From the IMG/VR virus record IMGVR_UViG_3300008952_002488, positions 96,001 to 160,000 of that record: a stretch of 64,000 nucleotides of DNA; one strand, 5' to 3'. The notes beneath the pieces were generated by a model. The model was not told where the DNA came from. It saw only the letters and a program-made list of their open reading frames with translations, and did no database searches. Shown here piece after piece: positions 7,984-16,140 of the stretch (positions within the stretch are counted from its first letter, which is position 1; each line of letters begins with the position of its first letter). This DNA comes from a virus. Both the position numbers and the translations under genes were made by a program.

Positions 7984-8012
7984 TTGACACCTGCCAAGGT
8001 CGTGATAATATA
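7984..8012 (+). promoter_or_regulatory. sigma70-type early promoter
   Basis: TTGACA, 16-nt spacer, TGA-TAATAT; AGGAGG SD before ATG 8030. Confidence 0.75.
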
Positions 8013-8029
8013 AGATACAAGGAGGAAAC

Positions 8030-8224
8030 ATGGCAAACTCTCTTAAAAAGTTCCGTGTTAAGTTCATGAAGGGGCATCTCGTTAACGGTTGTCTCCGGGT
8101 TGACCAGCAGGACCAAACAGTCCACAAGCGCACTGTTCATGCCCGCAACGACCTCGAAGCTATGCGCCAGGTTCGGAGTCAAGTTCCAGCTACTCACTCG
8201 ATGTGGGCACAGGAGGTTAGATAA
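8030..8224 (+). CDS. hypothetical small early protein
   Basis: AGGAGG SD, directly under the promoter. Confidence 0.7.
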   Translation: MANSLKKFRVKFMKGHLVNGCLRVDQQDQTVHKRTVHARNDLEAMRQVRSQVPATHSMWAQEVR

Positions 8225-8225
8225 G

Positions 8226-8540
8226 ATGGCTATTGCAAATCCCGAAGTTGAGTTTCACCTTCAAGACTTTGTTGGCGAGTGTGCAGAAATGCTCAACGAG
8301 CACTATAAAGTGAGACTTCCCAATTTGAGTGCTCCCGAGGTCAAAGTGTCCGAGGGCGGCAAGTTTTACAAGGTCTATAAAGATGAAGGTGAATACCACA
8401 AGAGTGTTTGGTTCTTCGTCAGTAAAGAGGACGGCTTGATTTGGAAGGCTGCCTCTTGGAAGGCTCCTGCTCGGAACTTCCCTCGTGGAAATATCCTTGA
8501 AGACAAAGCCAAAGACGTGATTGGGATCTACGGACTGTGA
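8226..8540 (+). CDS. conserved phage hypothetical protein (KAASWKAPA motif)
   Basis: Start re-called to ATG 8226; motif SVWFFVSKEDGLIWKAASWKAPARNFPRGNI resembles small proteins of aquatic phages. Confidence 0.7.
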   Translation: MAIANPEVEFHLQDFVGECAEMLNEHYKVRLPNLSAPEVKVSEGGKFYKVYKDEGEYHKSVWFFVSKEDGLIWKAASWKAPARNFPRGNILEDKAKDVIGIYGL

Positions 8541-8668
8541 GTTCGTTACTGCATACTCTTTTTGGGCTTTCCTTTGTTGGCGGGTCTATGTATTTGCTTT
8601 ATACAGCAATTCTAAGAGAAAGAGAAAGGCAGATGAATATGAAAAAGAAGAATACCCGGCGAAGATAA
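8537..8668 (+). CDS. small 43-aa membrane protein
   Basis: GTGA overlap with the previous stop; MSSLLHTLFGLSFVGGSMYLLYTAILRERERQMNMKKKNTRRR (TM helix plus basic tail). Confidence 0.55.
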   Translation: MSSLLHTLFGLSFVGGSMYLLYTAILRERERQMNMKKKNTRRR

Positions 8669-8832
8669 GCGTTACGGGTAAACCGGAGCCGATCTGGCAG
8701 GCAGCTAGAAAACGCCAGCGTCCCTACCTCCAGTAACCACATACCTTGGAAGAGTTGCGTGTGGAAAACGGTTTGTAGGGTTAGATACAAAACTAACAGG
8801 AATCCCGTAATCGTTCGGGTGAAAACTCTTCA
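8669..8832 (+). ncRNA. Unknown multibranch RNA with two predicted pseudoknots, directly upstream of tRNA-Gly
   Basis: TTACGGG/CCCGTAA, TAAACCG/CGGTTTG, CTGGC/GCCAG, CCACAT/GTGTGG and GTTAG/CTAAC helices; crossing pairs CCCTAC/GTAGGG and GAAGAGTT/AACTCTTC. Confidence 0.55.
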
Positions 8833-8838
8833 AAACTT

Positions 8839-8914
8839 GCGGATGTAACTCAGATGGTAGAGTGTTTGGTTGCCAATCAAAATGTCGTGGGTTCGAATCC
8901 CATCATCCGCTCCA
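8839..8914 (+). tRNA. tRNA-Gly(GCC)
   Basis: Full cloverleaf, GCGGATG/CATCCGC acceptor, loop TT-GCC-AA, U73, encoded CCA. Confidence 0.95.
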
Positions 8915-8917
8915 AAT

Positions 8918-8994
<77 letters not shown>

Positions 8995-9004
8995 AGGGGT
9001 TAAG

Positions 9005-9643
9005 ATGTTACGAGTCTTAGGAAAATTACCGAGAGAATTAGGAGTCGCTGTCAGCGGCGGACCAGACTCCATGGCAATTCTAGACTTTCTCAGCAACAAC
9101 CATGAGGTAACCGCAGTCTATTTTGACCACGGCACAGACTTCGGACGAAAATGTAAAAGATTTGTAAAGAACTTTTGCGATAATAGAGATATTCCTCTTG
9201 TTGTAGGTATTAATTATAATGGGTGTCCTCCGAAAAAATCGCTTGAAGAGCATTGGCGTGATGAACGCTATAAGTTCTTTCACAGTTTCGACATGGCTAT
9301 TGTTTCGGGTCACAACTTAGACGATGTGATTGAGTGGTTTTTATTCTCTTCTTTGCACGGACAGGGTAAACTTATGCCCTACAAGAATCAAAACGTTTAT
9401 AGACCGTTTATCTCCACCTCTAAACGCTCGCTAGAAGATTGGTGCGAACGTAAGGATGTGCCGTTTATGATTGACCCAGGGAATACCGATAGAAAGTTTA
9501 TGAGAAGCATTATCAGAAACGATATTATGCCTCATGCTCGCAAGGTAAATAAAGGGCTCGAAAAAACATTTAAAAAACTTGTAGAAAAGGAATATAATAA
9601 CTGTGGGGGATTAGCTCAATTGGTCAGAGCACTCGACTCATAA
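9005..9643 (+). CDS. tilS: tRNA(Ile)-lysidine synthetase TilS, catalytic domain only
   Basis: PP-loop VAVSGGPDS, EEHWRDERY, GHNLDDVIE, RPF, DPGN...RSIIR; start re-called to ATG 9005 after tRNA-Arg; 3' end overlaps tRNA(CAT). Confidence 0.9.
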   Translation: MLRVLGKLPRELGVAVSGGPDSMAILDFLSNNHEVTAVYFDHGTDFGRKCKRFVKNFCDNRDIPLVVGINYNGCPPKKSLEEHWRDERYKFFHSFDMAIVSGHNLDDVIEWFLFSSLHGQGKLMPYKNQNVYRPFISTSKRSLEDWCERKDVPFMIDPGNTDRKFMRSIIRNDIMPHARKVNKGLEKTFKKLVEKEYNNCGGLAQLVRALDS

Positions 9644-9681
9644 TCGATAGGTTCTGGGTTCAAGTCCCAGGTCCCCTACCA
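9605..9681 (+). tRNA. tRNA(CAT), most likely tRNA-Ile2 (lysidine)
   Basis: Cloverleaf; anticodon arm TCGA-CT-CAT-AA-TCGA resembles Ile2; lacks the fMet GGG/CCC anticodon stem; adjacent to tilS. Confidence 0.85.
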
Positions 9682-9682
9682 T

Positions 9683-9758
9683 GCCCGAATAGCTCAGATG
9701 GGAGAGCAGTTGATTTGTAATCATCAGGTCGTAGGTTCGAATCCTACTTTGGGCACCA
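9683..9758 (+). tRNA. tRNA-Thr(TGT)
   Basis: Cloverleaf, loop TT-TGT-AA, encoded CCA. Confidence 0.93.
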
Positions 9759-9761
9759 TAA

Positions 9762-9836
9762 GCGGCTATCGTATAATGGTTATTACCTCAGCCTTCCAAG
9801 CTGATGATCTCGGTTCGATCCCGAGTAGCCGCTCCA
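9762..9836 (+). tRNA. tRNA-Gly(TCC)
   Basis: Cloverleaf, TCAGC-CT-TCC-AA-GCTGA, U73, encoded CCA. Confidence 0.95.
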
Positions 9837-9860
9837 CACTATTTTATAAAGGAGAGAAAA

Positions 9861-9989
9861 ATGCCTAATCCAATCGCTTACACTAAAGAAATGCAGGAGG
9901 CTATGATCTCTACCTTGGAGGCTTTTGCAGTCAAGGTAAAAGAAATGGAAAAAAGAATAAAAGCCTTGGAGGAAAAAAAAGATGAATAA
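9861..9989 (+). CDS. small coiled-coil protein
   Basis: AAGGAG SD; start re-called to ATG 9861 because the track start lies inside the tRNA. Confidence 0.55.
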   Translation: MPNPIAYTKEMQEAMISTLEAFAVKVKEMEKRIKALEEKKDE

Positions 9990-10179
9990 ATTACTTAAAG
10001 CAGCGTTGAGTCATTACGAAGCCCAACGTGATGAGGCTTTGGCGGTTCTAGAAGTTTACTTAAATAATTCTGTCGGAATTGGTGAACATTCAGGATTAAT
10101 CGATGAAATCAAAAACTGGACAGAAAAGTTAACTGAGGCAGAGGAAAATATGGCGACAATTAAGCGTCACTTTCCATAG
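9982..10179 (+). CDS. conserved small phage protein (VGIGEH motif)
   Basis: GGAGG SD; helical hairpin with NSVGIGEHSGLIDEI. Confidence 0.65.
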   Translation: MNKLLKAALSHYEAQRDEALAVLEVYLNNSVGIGEHSGLIDEIKNWTEKLTEAEENMATIKRHFP

Positions 10180-10279
10180 CCCAACACTATTTAATACAGT
10201 TACCTCTCCTAATTGGTTTTGTACTTTGCAAGTTACAAATTGTTGTAATTAAGGACCAAGTTTATAGGAGGAAATATTT

Positions 10280-12520
10280 ATGGCTTTCGGTTTAGCAGGT
10301 GATAGTGGTTCTTTTCAGGCCAACATGGCAATGGTCGGTGGAATTGTCACAGGTTCTTCAGGGGAGTTTTTAGCACTTCCAGTTTCAGGAACAGTTCTTG
10401 GTGGATTAAGTAATTTAACCACGAACGAGTGGAGTCGCTTCTATCTTAGTGATAGTTTTGGTAACGCCTCTGGTTCTATTATTCAAGCTCTTAACTACTT
10501 GAGCGGAGCATTGAAGGATACCAATGGTGATGTTACTGGACCAAGTTCAGCGACTGACAACGCTGTTGTTCGTTTTGATGGTACAACTGGTAAACTTATT
10601 CAAAGTAATACTTTGGTGAGTTTTACTGACGCTGGTGAGTTCACTGGTGGTGAGGGTGAAAGTTATACATTCTCAGCTAATGGGCAAATTTCCGGCACTA
10701 ACAAAGTTATTGCTGGAACCGACGTTTCAGGCGCTGGCAATGTAGCTGGTGCATCTCTGACGTCGGAAGAGGCAACGATTTCTGTTGCCGGTGTTATTTC
10801 CGGTGCTGGCGCTGTCCAAGGACAAAAGCTCACCATTGCAAACAGCGATGTTGTTACAACCGCTGGTGCGGTTGCGGCAGTAACCACTGTTTCGGGTGCT
10901 TCGTCGCTGGCTGGTGCAAAACTAACCATCAACGGAACGGATGTTGTAACCCAGGCTGGTGCTCTTGTAGCTCCAACCACTGTTTCTGGTGCTGGTGCTG
11001 TCAGTGGACAGAACCTAGTGACAGAGGAAGCTACCATAACAGCCGCAGGTGTTATTTCTGGTGCTGGTGCTGTCTCAGGACAAGCACTTACTGTTGCCAA
11101 CCTCTTTAAGGTACAAAGCGACGGTGATGTGTCAGGTTCTGGTGCTGCACACTTTGTAAAAGCTGTTACTGGTTTATCTTTCGCTGCTTCGTCATCTTTG
11201 GTGGCCAAGACTACGGTCTCGGGTGCTGGCAATGTAGCTGGTGCATCTTTAACGACAGAAGAGGCAACAATCTCTGTTGCCGGTGTTGTTTCTGGTGCGG
11301 GTGCCGTACAGGGTGCGAGCCTAACAACCGAAGAAGCGACAATTTCTGTTGCCGGTGTTATGTCAGGCGCAGGTGCTGTACAAGGACAAAAGCTCACCAT
11401 TGCAAACAGCGATGTTGTTACAACCGCTGGTGCGGTTGCGGCAGTAACCACAGTTTCAGGTGCTGGCAATGTAGCTGGTGCATCTCTGACGACAGAAGAA
11501 GCAACAATTTCTGTTGCCGGTGTTATGTCAGGCGCAGGTGCTGTACAAGGTCAGTCACTCAAGGTTGCTAATATATTTAATGTTAATAAAAATGGTGTTG
11601 TTTCATCTTCAGGCGGTGGTACTTTCTTAGGAGATCTTTTCGCCAATGATATGAATGTCTCCGGTACTTTGACTGCTGAAACCTTTCAGCCAACTGCGCT
11701 CTCGGGTAATATTAAAATAAACCTTTTTACATCCAAGATTCTCAGTAATAATGCTATTGAAACCTCGGCATCTCTGTTAGCCAAGACCACAGTTTCAGGT
11801 GCTGGCAATGTAGCTGGTGCATCTCTGACGACAGAAGAAGCAACAATTTCTGTTGCCGGGGCAATCTCTGGCGCTGGGATAATTTCGGGAATGGCACTGG
11901 AGTTGGGCAACTCAATCATTGTTACCGATGAAAAGGCTATAACTAATGTGACAAGCATCTCTGGTGCTTCATCGCTTGCTGGTGCTAAGTTGACCATAAA
12001 TGGCGCTGATATAATATCACAAGCTGGTGCGGTTTCGGCAGTAACCACTGTTTCGGGTGCTGGACCGGGTGCATTTGGAGCTTTAACAACTGAAGAGGCA
12101 ACGATCTCTCTTGCCGGTGTTGTTTCTGGTGCTGGCGCTCTCCAAGGTCAAAGCCTCTCCGTCGCTGGCGGACAGGGCTCGATCAGTAGCGCAGGTGCCC
12201 TGGTTGCTGCGGGTGGAGCGCAGGTGGGCTCGCTCGAATCGCAAGGCGCAGTTAAAGTCTATGGTGAAGGCTCGCTTTCGGGCGGAGTCGGCGCTGGTGT
12301 TCATTGCTCGAACACGGGTAGTGCAAACGGCAGTAACCATAAGGCTGCTCTTTACATCTCAAGTAGTGATATCAGCACGGCGGCGAATGCTGCACTCATT
12401 CCAAGGATGGTTTTGCAAGGAACCAACGATGCAGGAGCTTTAAAGGATTTCATGATCTCAGTCTCTGGTGGAATGCTACAGGTTGTCGAGTTGACTCACG
12501 GAACAGCGTTACCAGTCTAA
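10280..12520 (+). CDS. Ser/Gly/Ala-repeat virion fibre-like protein
   Basis: GDVTGPSSATDNAVVRFDGTTGK fibre-type motif; about 15 (V/I/M)SGA repeats and 7 EEATI repeats; AGGAGG SD and TANTTA motif upstream. Confidence 0.75.
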   Translation: MAFGLAGDSGSFQANMAMVGGIVTGSSGEFLALPVSGTVLGGLSNLTTNEWSRFYLSDSFGNASGSIIQALNYLSGALKDTNGDVTGPSSATDNAVVRFDGTTGKLIQSNTLVSFTDAGEFTGGEGESYTFSANGQISGTNKVIAGTDVSGAGNVAGASLTSEEATISVAGVISGAGAVQGQKLTIANSDVVTTAGAVAAVTTVSGASSLAGAKLTINGTDVVTQAGALVAPTTVSGAGAVSGQNLVTEEATITAAGVISGAGAVSGQALTVANLFKVQSDGDVSGSGAAHFVKAVTGLSFAASSSLVAKTTVSGAGNVAGASLTTEEATISVAGVVSGAGAVQGASLTTEEATISVAGVMSGAGAVQGQKLTIANSDVVTTAGAVAAVTTVSGAGNVAGASLTTEEATISVAGVMSGAGAVQGQSLKVANIFNVNKNGVVSSSGGGTFLGDLFANDMNVSGTLTAETFQPTALSGNIKINLFTSKILSNNAIETSASLLAKTTVSGAGNVAGASLTTEEATISVAGAISGAGIISGMALELGNSIIVTDEKAITNVTSISGASSLAGAKLTINGADIISQAGAVSAVTTVSGAGPGAFGALTTEEATISLAGVVSGAGALQGQSLSVAGGQGSISSAGALVAAGGAQVGSLESQGAVKVYGEGSLSGGVGAGVHCSNTGSANGSNHKAALYISSSDISTAANAALIPRMVLQGTNDAGALKDFMISVSGGMLQVVELTHGTALPV
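10817..11859 (+). repeat. Exact intragenic direct repeats
   Basis: 10817-10887 = 11381-11451 (71 nt); 11447-11520 = 11786-11859 (74 nt). Confidence 0.85.
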
Positions 12521-12543
12521 AGTTTTAAAACAATCTGTTTTAT

Positions 12544-12573
12544 AAAGAAGGGACTTCGGTCCCTTCTTTTTTT
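12544..12573 (+). terminator. Rho-independent terminator
   Basis: AAAGAAGGGAC-TTCG-GTCCCTTCTTT followed by a T run. Confidence 0.9.
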
Positions 12574-12628
12574 ATTTACTATTTATTTAAAGGCTCCACG
12601 AAAGGAGAACACTAGAGGGGTTATTTAA

Positions 12629-13723
12629 TTGGCTTTCGGACTGGTAGGCGCAAGCGGTTCTTTTATAGCAAATGCAGAAATGCTCGGTGGAATTGTCACT
12701 GGCTCGGGACAAGAGTTTTTAGCACTTCCAGTTTCAGGAACAGTTCTTGGCGGACTAAGCGGATTAACCACCAATGAATGGAGTCGCTTCTATCTTAGTG
12801 ATAGTTTTGGTAATGCGTCTGGTTCCGTTATCCAAGCTCTTAACTATCTGAGCGCAGCACTTGGCGGCGCTGGATCCGGGGACGTAACCGGGCCCGGCTC
12901 GGCTACTGATAATGCCATTGCTAGATTTGACGGATCCACCGGAAAAATTATACAGAACACAACAGGACTAGTAGCTTCTGATGCTGGTGTTTTGTCGAGT
13001 TCTGTGGGGGCTACTCTCGGAAATCTTATATTAAATGATGATGCTAGATCTCTAACACTTTCGGGCACAATATCTTCTTCTGCCGGCGCTACCTTTTTAG
13101 GGCACCTTTTTACTAACAATCTAAATGTTTCTGGTACCTTGACTGCGGCAAGCTTTACGCCGTCAGCAGTTTCGGGCGCAGTAAAAATAAATGTATTTAC
13201 GCATAAGATCCTTAGTAACAACAGTATTGAGACTTCAGCATCGCTCGTTGCTAAGACTACGGTTTCTGGTGCAGGTGCTGCATCGTTCGCATCTTTAACA
13301 ACAGAAGAAGCATCGATCTCTGTTGCTGGCGTTATGTCAGGTGCTGGTGGTATTTCAGGTCAAAGTCTAGTAATTGATAATCTTACTAAGATTAATTCTG
13401 GCGGTGTTCTTTCAAGCTCTGTTGGATCAACGCTTGGAAATCTGATTCTTAATGATGACTCTGTATCTTTAAAATTATCTGGATCGATGACCGGAAGCGG
13501 TTTGGCTACTTTCTCTAATATTTCCCTAGCACAAGGGGGGGGATATAAGCCGGCACTAATAGTATCGAGTAGTGCTATTTCTACAGCGGCTGATTCAGCA
13601 GCTATACCCAGAATAGTTTTACAAGGAACAGATAACTTAGGTAGCCTAGCAGATTTTATGATTTCAGTTAGCGGTGGTATCCTTAGAGTCGAACAATTAG
13701 AAGTGGGAAGTTGGCCGGTATAA
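12629..13723 (+). CDS. Shorter paralogue of the 10280 fibre-like protein (TTG start)
   Basis: Near-identical N-terminal ~75 aa and similar C-terminus (IPRIVLQGTD...DFMISVSGG). Confidence 0.8.
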   Translation: MAFGLVGASGSFIANAEMLGGIVTGSGQEFLALPVSGTVLGGLSGLTTNEWSRFYLSDSFGNASGSVIQALNYLSAALGGAGSGDVTGPGSATDNAIARFDGSTGKIIQNTTGLVASDAGVLSSSVGATLGNLILNDDARSLTLSGTISSSAGATFLGHLFTNNLNVSGTLTAASFTPSAVSGAVKINVFTHKILSNNSIETSASLVAKTTVSGAGAASFASLTTEEASISVAGVMSGAGGISGQSLVIDNLTKINSGGVLSSSVGSTLGNLILNDDSVSLKLSGSMTGSGLATFSNISLAQGGGYKPALIVSSSAISTAADSAAIPRIVLQGTDNLGSLADFMISVSGGILRVEQLEVGSWPV

Positions 13724-13751
13724 AATATTCACTTATACACAGGCTTACATT

Positions 13752-14357
13752 ATGTCCCGCAAATTCAAAAAACTTAGCCTCCAATATTCCTTTCTACTTC
13801 TTGAAAAAGAGGAAGTGGATGACATATGTTTACAAATGGATAAACAAATAAATGAAGCAATAAAAGAAAAATATCCTGATGAATATGAATCATTGTTCTC
13901 TAGCAAGACTTCACCAATAGAAGAAACAAAGACAATAGAAGAAATAGAAGAAATAGAAGAAATAGAAGAAATAGAAGAAATAGAAGAAATAGAAGAAATA
14001 GACACAAAGAAAAAGAACAATGATATTAGAAAATTATATAGAAAAATAGCAGAAAAAACACACCCAGACAAAACTGGAGATAATAGTAAAGCAGAAATGT
14101 TTTCCGAAGCATCCTTGGCATATCAAGAAAATAATTTAGCAACTTTGTTGAATCTTGCTGGGCTGCTTAACATTGACTTGTTTGAATTATCTCCAAGTTC
14201 ATTTTTATTGTTGCAAAACAACATCACTTCTTTGTCAGAGGAAATAAATGCAAAAAAGAATTCTGCATCTTGGGCTTTTTATAATGCTAAATCTCAACAA
14301 GACAAAGATTCAGTTATCAACCTAATAATAAATCAGTTAAAGGGGAGTATAAAATGA
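13752..14357 (+). CDS. J-domain (DnaJ-like) protein
   Basis: DIRKLYRKIAEKTHPDK...MFSEASLAY contains the HPD motif and helix II/III pattern. Confidence 0.8.
   Translation: MSRKFKKLSLQYSFLLLEKEEVDDICLQMDKQINEAIKEKYPDEYESLFSSKTSPIEETKTIEEIEEIEEIEEIEEIEEIEEIDTKKKNNDIRKLYRKIAEKTHPDKTGDNSKAEMFSEASLAYQENNLATLLNLAGLLNIDLFELSPSSFLLLQNNITSLSEEINAKKNSASWAFYNAKSQQDKDSVINLIINQLKGSIK
13935..14002 (+). repeat. 9-nt tandem repeat (ATAGAAGAA)x7 plus a partial copy, encoding (IEE)7
   Basis: Perfect in-frame tandem array inside the J-domain gene. Confidence 0.95.
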
Positions 14358-14387
14358 AATCAAAAAAAATAGATTTTAAAGTGTTAT

Positions 14388-15656
14388 CTATGGATCACCC
14401 TGACCAATACAAAGATCTTCAAAGATCTGGCGGATCTGCATAAAAACAGTCTCTGAATTCACCACAGGAGTATAAAGGCGACTCTGTTCTCCTCTTACCA
14501 TCCCCAAAAATGAATTATGGTGTTCGGGGAGAGCGAAAACAAATATCTCAAACCCATTATTAACAGCATAATCATTAACCTCAGTTACATTCCTTCCTGT
14601 AATAGTTTGAGCTATTTCATCAGTCATTAAGATTATTACTTTTTGGTTCCCCGTGGTCCACGAAAAAGGATACAAACCCTCCATCGACCACAAGGTCACA
14701 TCTATTGATGGCTCAATACCACCATCATCCATTAATTGGATAGCCTGCAAATATTGCAGGAATTCATCAGCGGGAACAAAATCATTTACCATTTCAGAGT
14801 GTCGGGTGGTCAGCGGGGTTCCGCCACCTGAATTTTGTCTGCCTATCACTGCTAAACCAAACCGAAAGTTGCTCGTTATCGGATCATCTAAAAGCGGAGT
14901 AATTCCTTCTATCATGGACTCTATCTCATCATCAAAAGAGCCGGAAATATCAATAACAAAAACAAGATCTACACCACGAGTATCAAAACCTTCGTCTACT
15001 TCGCCGTCGCAGTCGTTATCAAGGTTGTCGCAGATTTCTTCAACGGGAAGAACTTGCCCATCGCAAGGTCCATCAAACCCACCATCCTGACAATAACGAA
15101 CACCCGCACGACACTCGCCAATAGCCATTGAACCTTCGGGACCATCATAACAGACAATTGCCGTAGTATTAGCTACTCCTTCATCAACCGTTCCATCACA
15201 ATTATTATCCAAGCCGTCGCAGGTTTCTTCCGAAGGTCCAACATGCCCATCGCAATAAAGACTTCCATTATCACATTTCATCACACCTGGGGTGCAAATA
15301 CCAACACCATAATCAGCACCCTCTACAAATCCACATAGTTGATGTTGTTCTGGAAACGTTTCATCTATTAATAAATTACAGTCGTTATCTAATCCATCAC
15401 AAACTTCTTCTTCTGGTCCTGCTGCTCCGATGCACTCGGTCCACCCATCAAACGTACAGGTTCTAGCACCGTACCTGCAAATACCAGCTTTTTCAGGAGG
15501 ATCTTTGGGATTAAGGGATGTTAGGATCTGTCCGTTGTGATCACACACTTCAACAGTGCCGGGTGAACATTCCAAGGCAACCAACTGGTCATCATCTAGA
15601 CAAGCCTGGCAGGCGGTTAAAACCAAGGGAACAAAAAATAAACCCCAACGTTTCAT
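14388..15656 (-). CDS. Lipoprotein with MopE-like Cys/Asp repeats and C-terminal vWA domain
   Basis: Lipobox-like LTAC; three ExCD(G/N)LDN(D/N)C repeats; vWA MIDAS DISGS and ILMTD. Confidence 0.8.
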   Translation of the reverse strand: MKRWGLFFVPLVLTACQACLDDDQLVALECSPGTVEVCDHNGQILTSLNPKDPPEKAGICRYGARTCTFDGWTECIGAAGPEEEVCDGLDNDCNLLIDETFPEQHQLCGFVEGADYGVGICTPGVMKCDNGSLYCDGHVGPSEETCDGLDNNCDGTVDEGVANTTAIVCYDGPEGSMAIGECRAGVRYCQDGGFDGPCDGQVLPVEEICDNLDNDCDGEVDEGFDTRGVDLVFVIDISGSFDDEIESMIEGITPLLDDPITSNFRFGLAVIGRQNSGGGTPLTTRHSEMVNDFVPADEFLQYLQAIQLMDDGGIEPSIDVTLWSMEGLYPFSWTTGNQKVIILMTDEIAQTITGRNVTEVNDYAVNNGFEIFVFALPEHHNSFLGMVRGEQSRLYTPVVNSETVFMQIRQIFEDLCIGQGDP

Positions 15657-16129
15657 TCCATTGTAGCCTCAATACAAGCCTCATAAGTACTATAAAGAAC
15701 CATGGTTAAGGCGGTGCTATTAAAAACTCGAAATCGTGCTTTTTTAAGCGGGAGGTGTTCTTTATCATAGACATGGGTCATAATCAACGGCGGACTATTT
15801 TTAGATTGTGTTGGGATTTTAAAAGCAAACAAAAGAGAATCGCCCGGTGCATTCTGTAAAATGCCGGCAATGTAACCATCTTTTATAACATCAGGGATAC
15901 CAATTTGTATGGCTGAATTAGAGCCTGGTTCGGTGGTTATTTTATCACTAACGTGGACAACCCATTTACAATTGTCATTTTGTCCCGGTGTATAATAAGT
16001 TGATTTCTTTGGAATTATGGTTTGATATAGGTTGTTTGCTTTAATCTGAAAATGGAGGGCTACAGCACACGAAAGTGCCAATATTCCCAACAGCGTAACT
16101 CTTAATTTAGTTTTCGGAACACGAAACAT
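15653..16129 (-). CDS. hypothetical exported/membrane-anchored protein
   Basis: N-terminal hydrophobic segment; 4-nt overlap with the downstream gene. Confidence 0.6.
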   Translation of the reverse strand: MFRVPKTKLRVTLLGILALSCAVALHFQIKANNLYQTIIPKKSTYYTPGQNDNCKWVVHVSDKITTEPGSNSAIQIGIPDVIKDGYIAGILQNAPGDSLLFAFKIPTQSKNSPPLIMTHVYDKEHLPLKKARFRVFNSTALTMVLYSTYEACIEATME

Positions 16130-16140
16130 AAAACCGCTCC

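Noticed and set aside
8521-8736. 71-aa track ORF
   Set aside because: A TTG start inside the previous gene without an SD; the alternative 8537-8668 has a GTGA overlap and leaves the structured RNA intergenic.
10195-10279. Hairpins in the fibre-gene leader (TTGGTTT/GGACCAA, GTTACAA/TTGTAAT)
   Set aside because: Short and AT-rich; could be a translational operator but is not distinguishable from chance by eye.
10663-13221. Long antisense ORFs over the fibre genes
   Set aside because: Expected from stop-poor Gly/Ala/Ser/Thr repeat codons.
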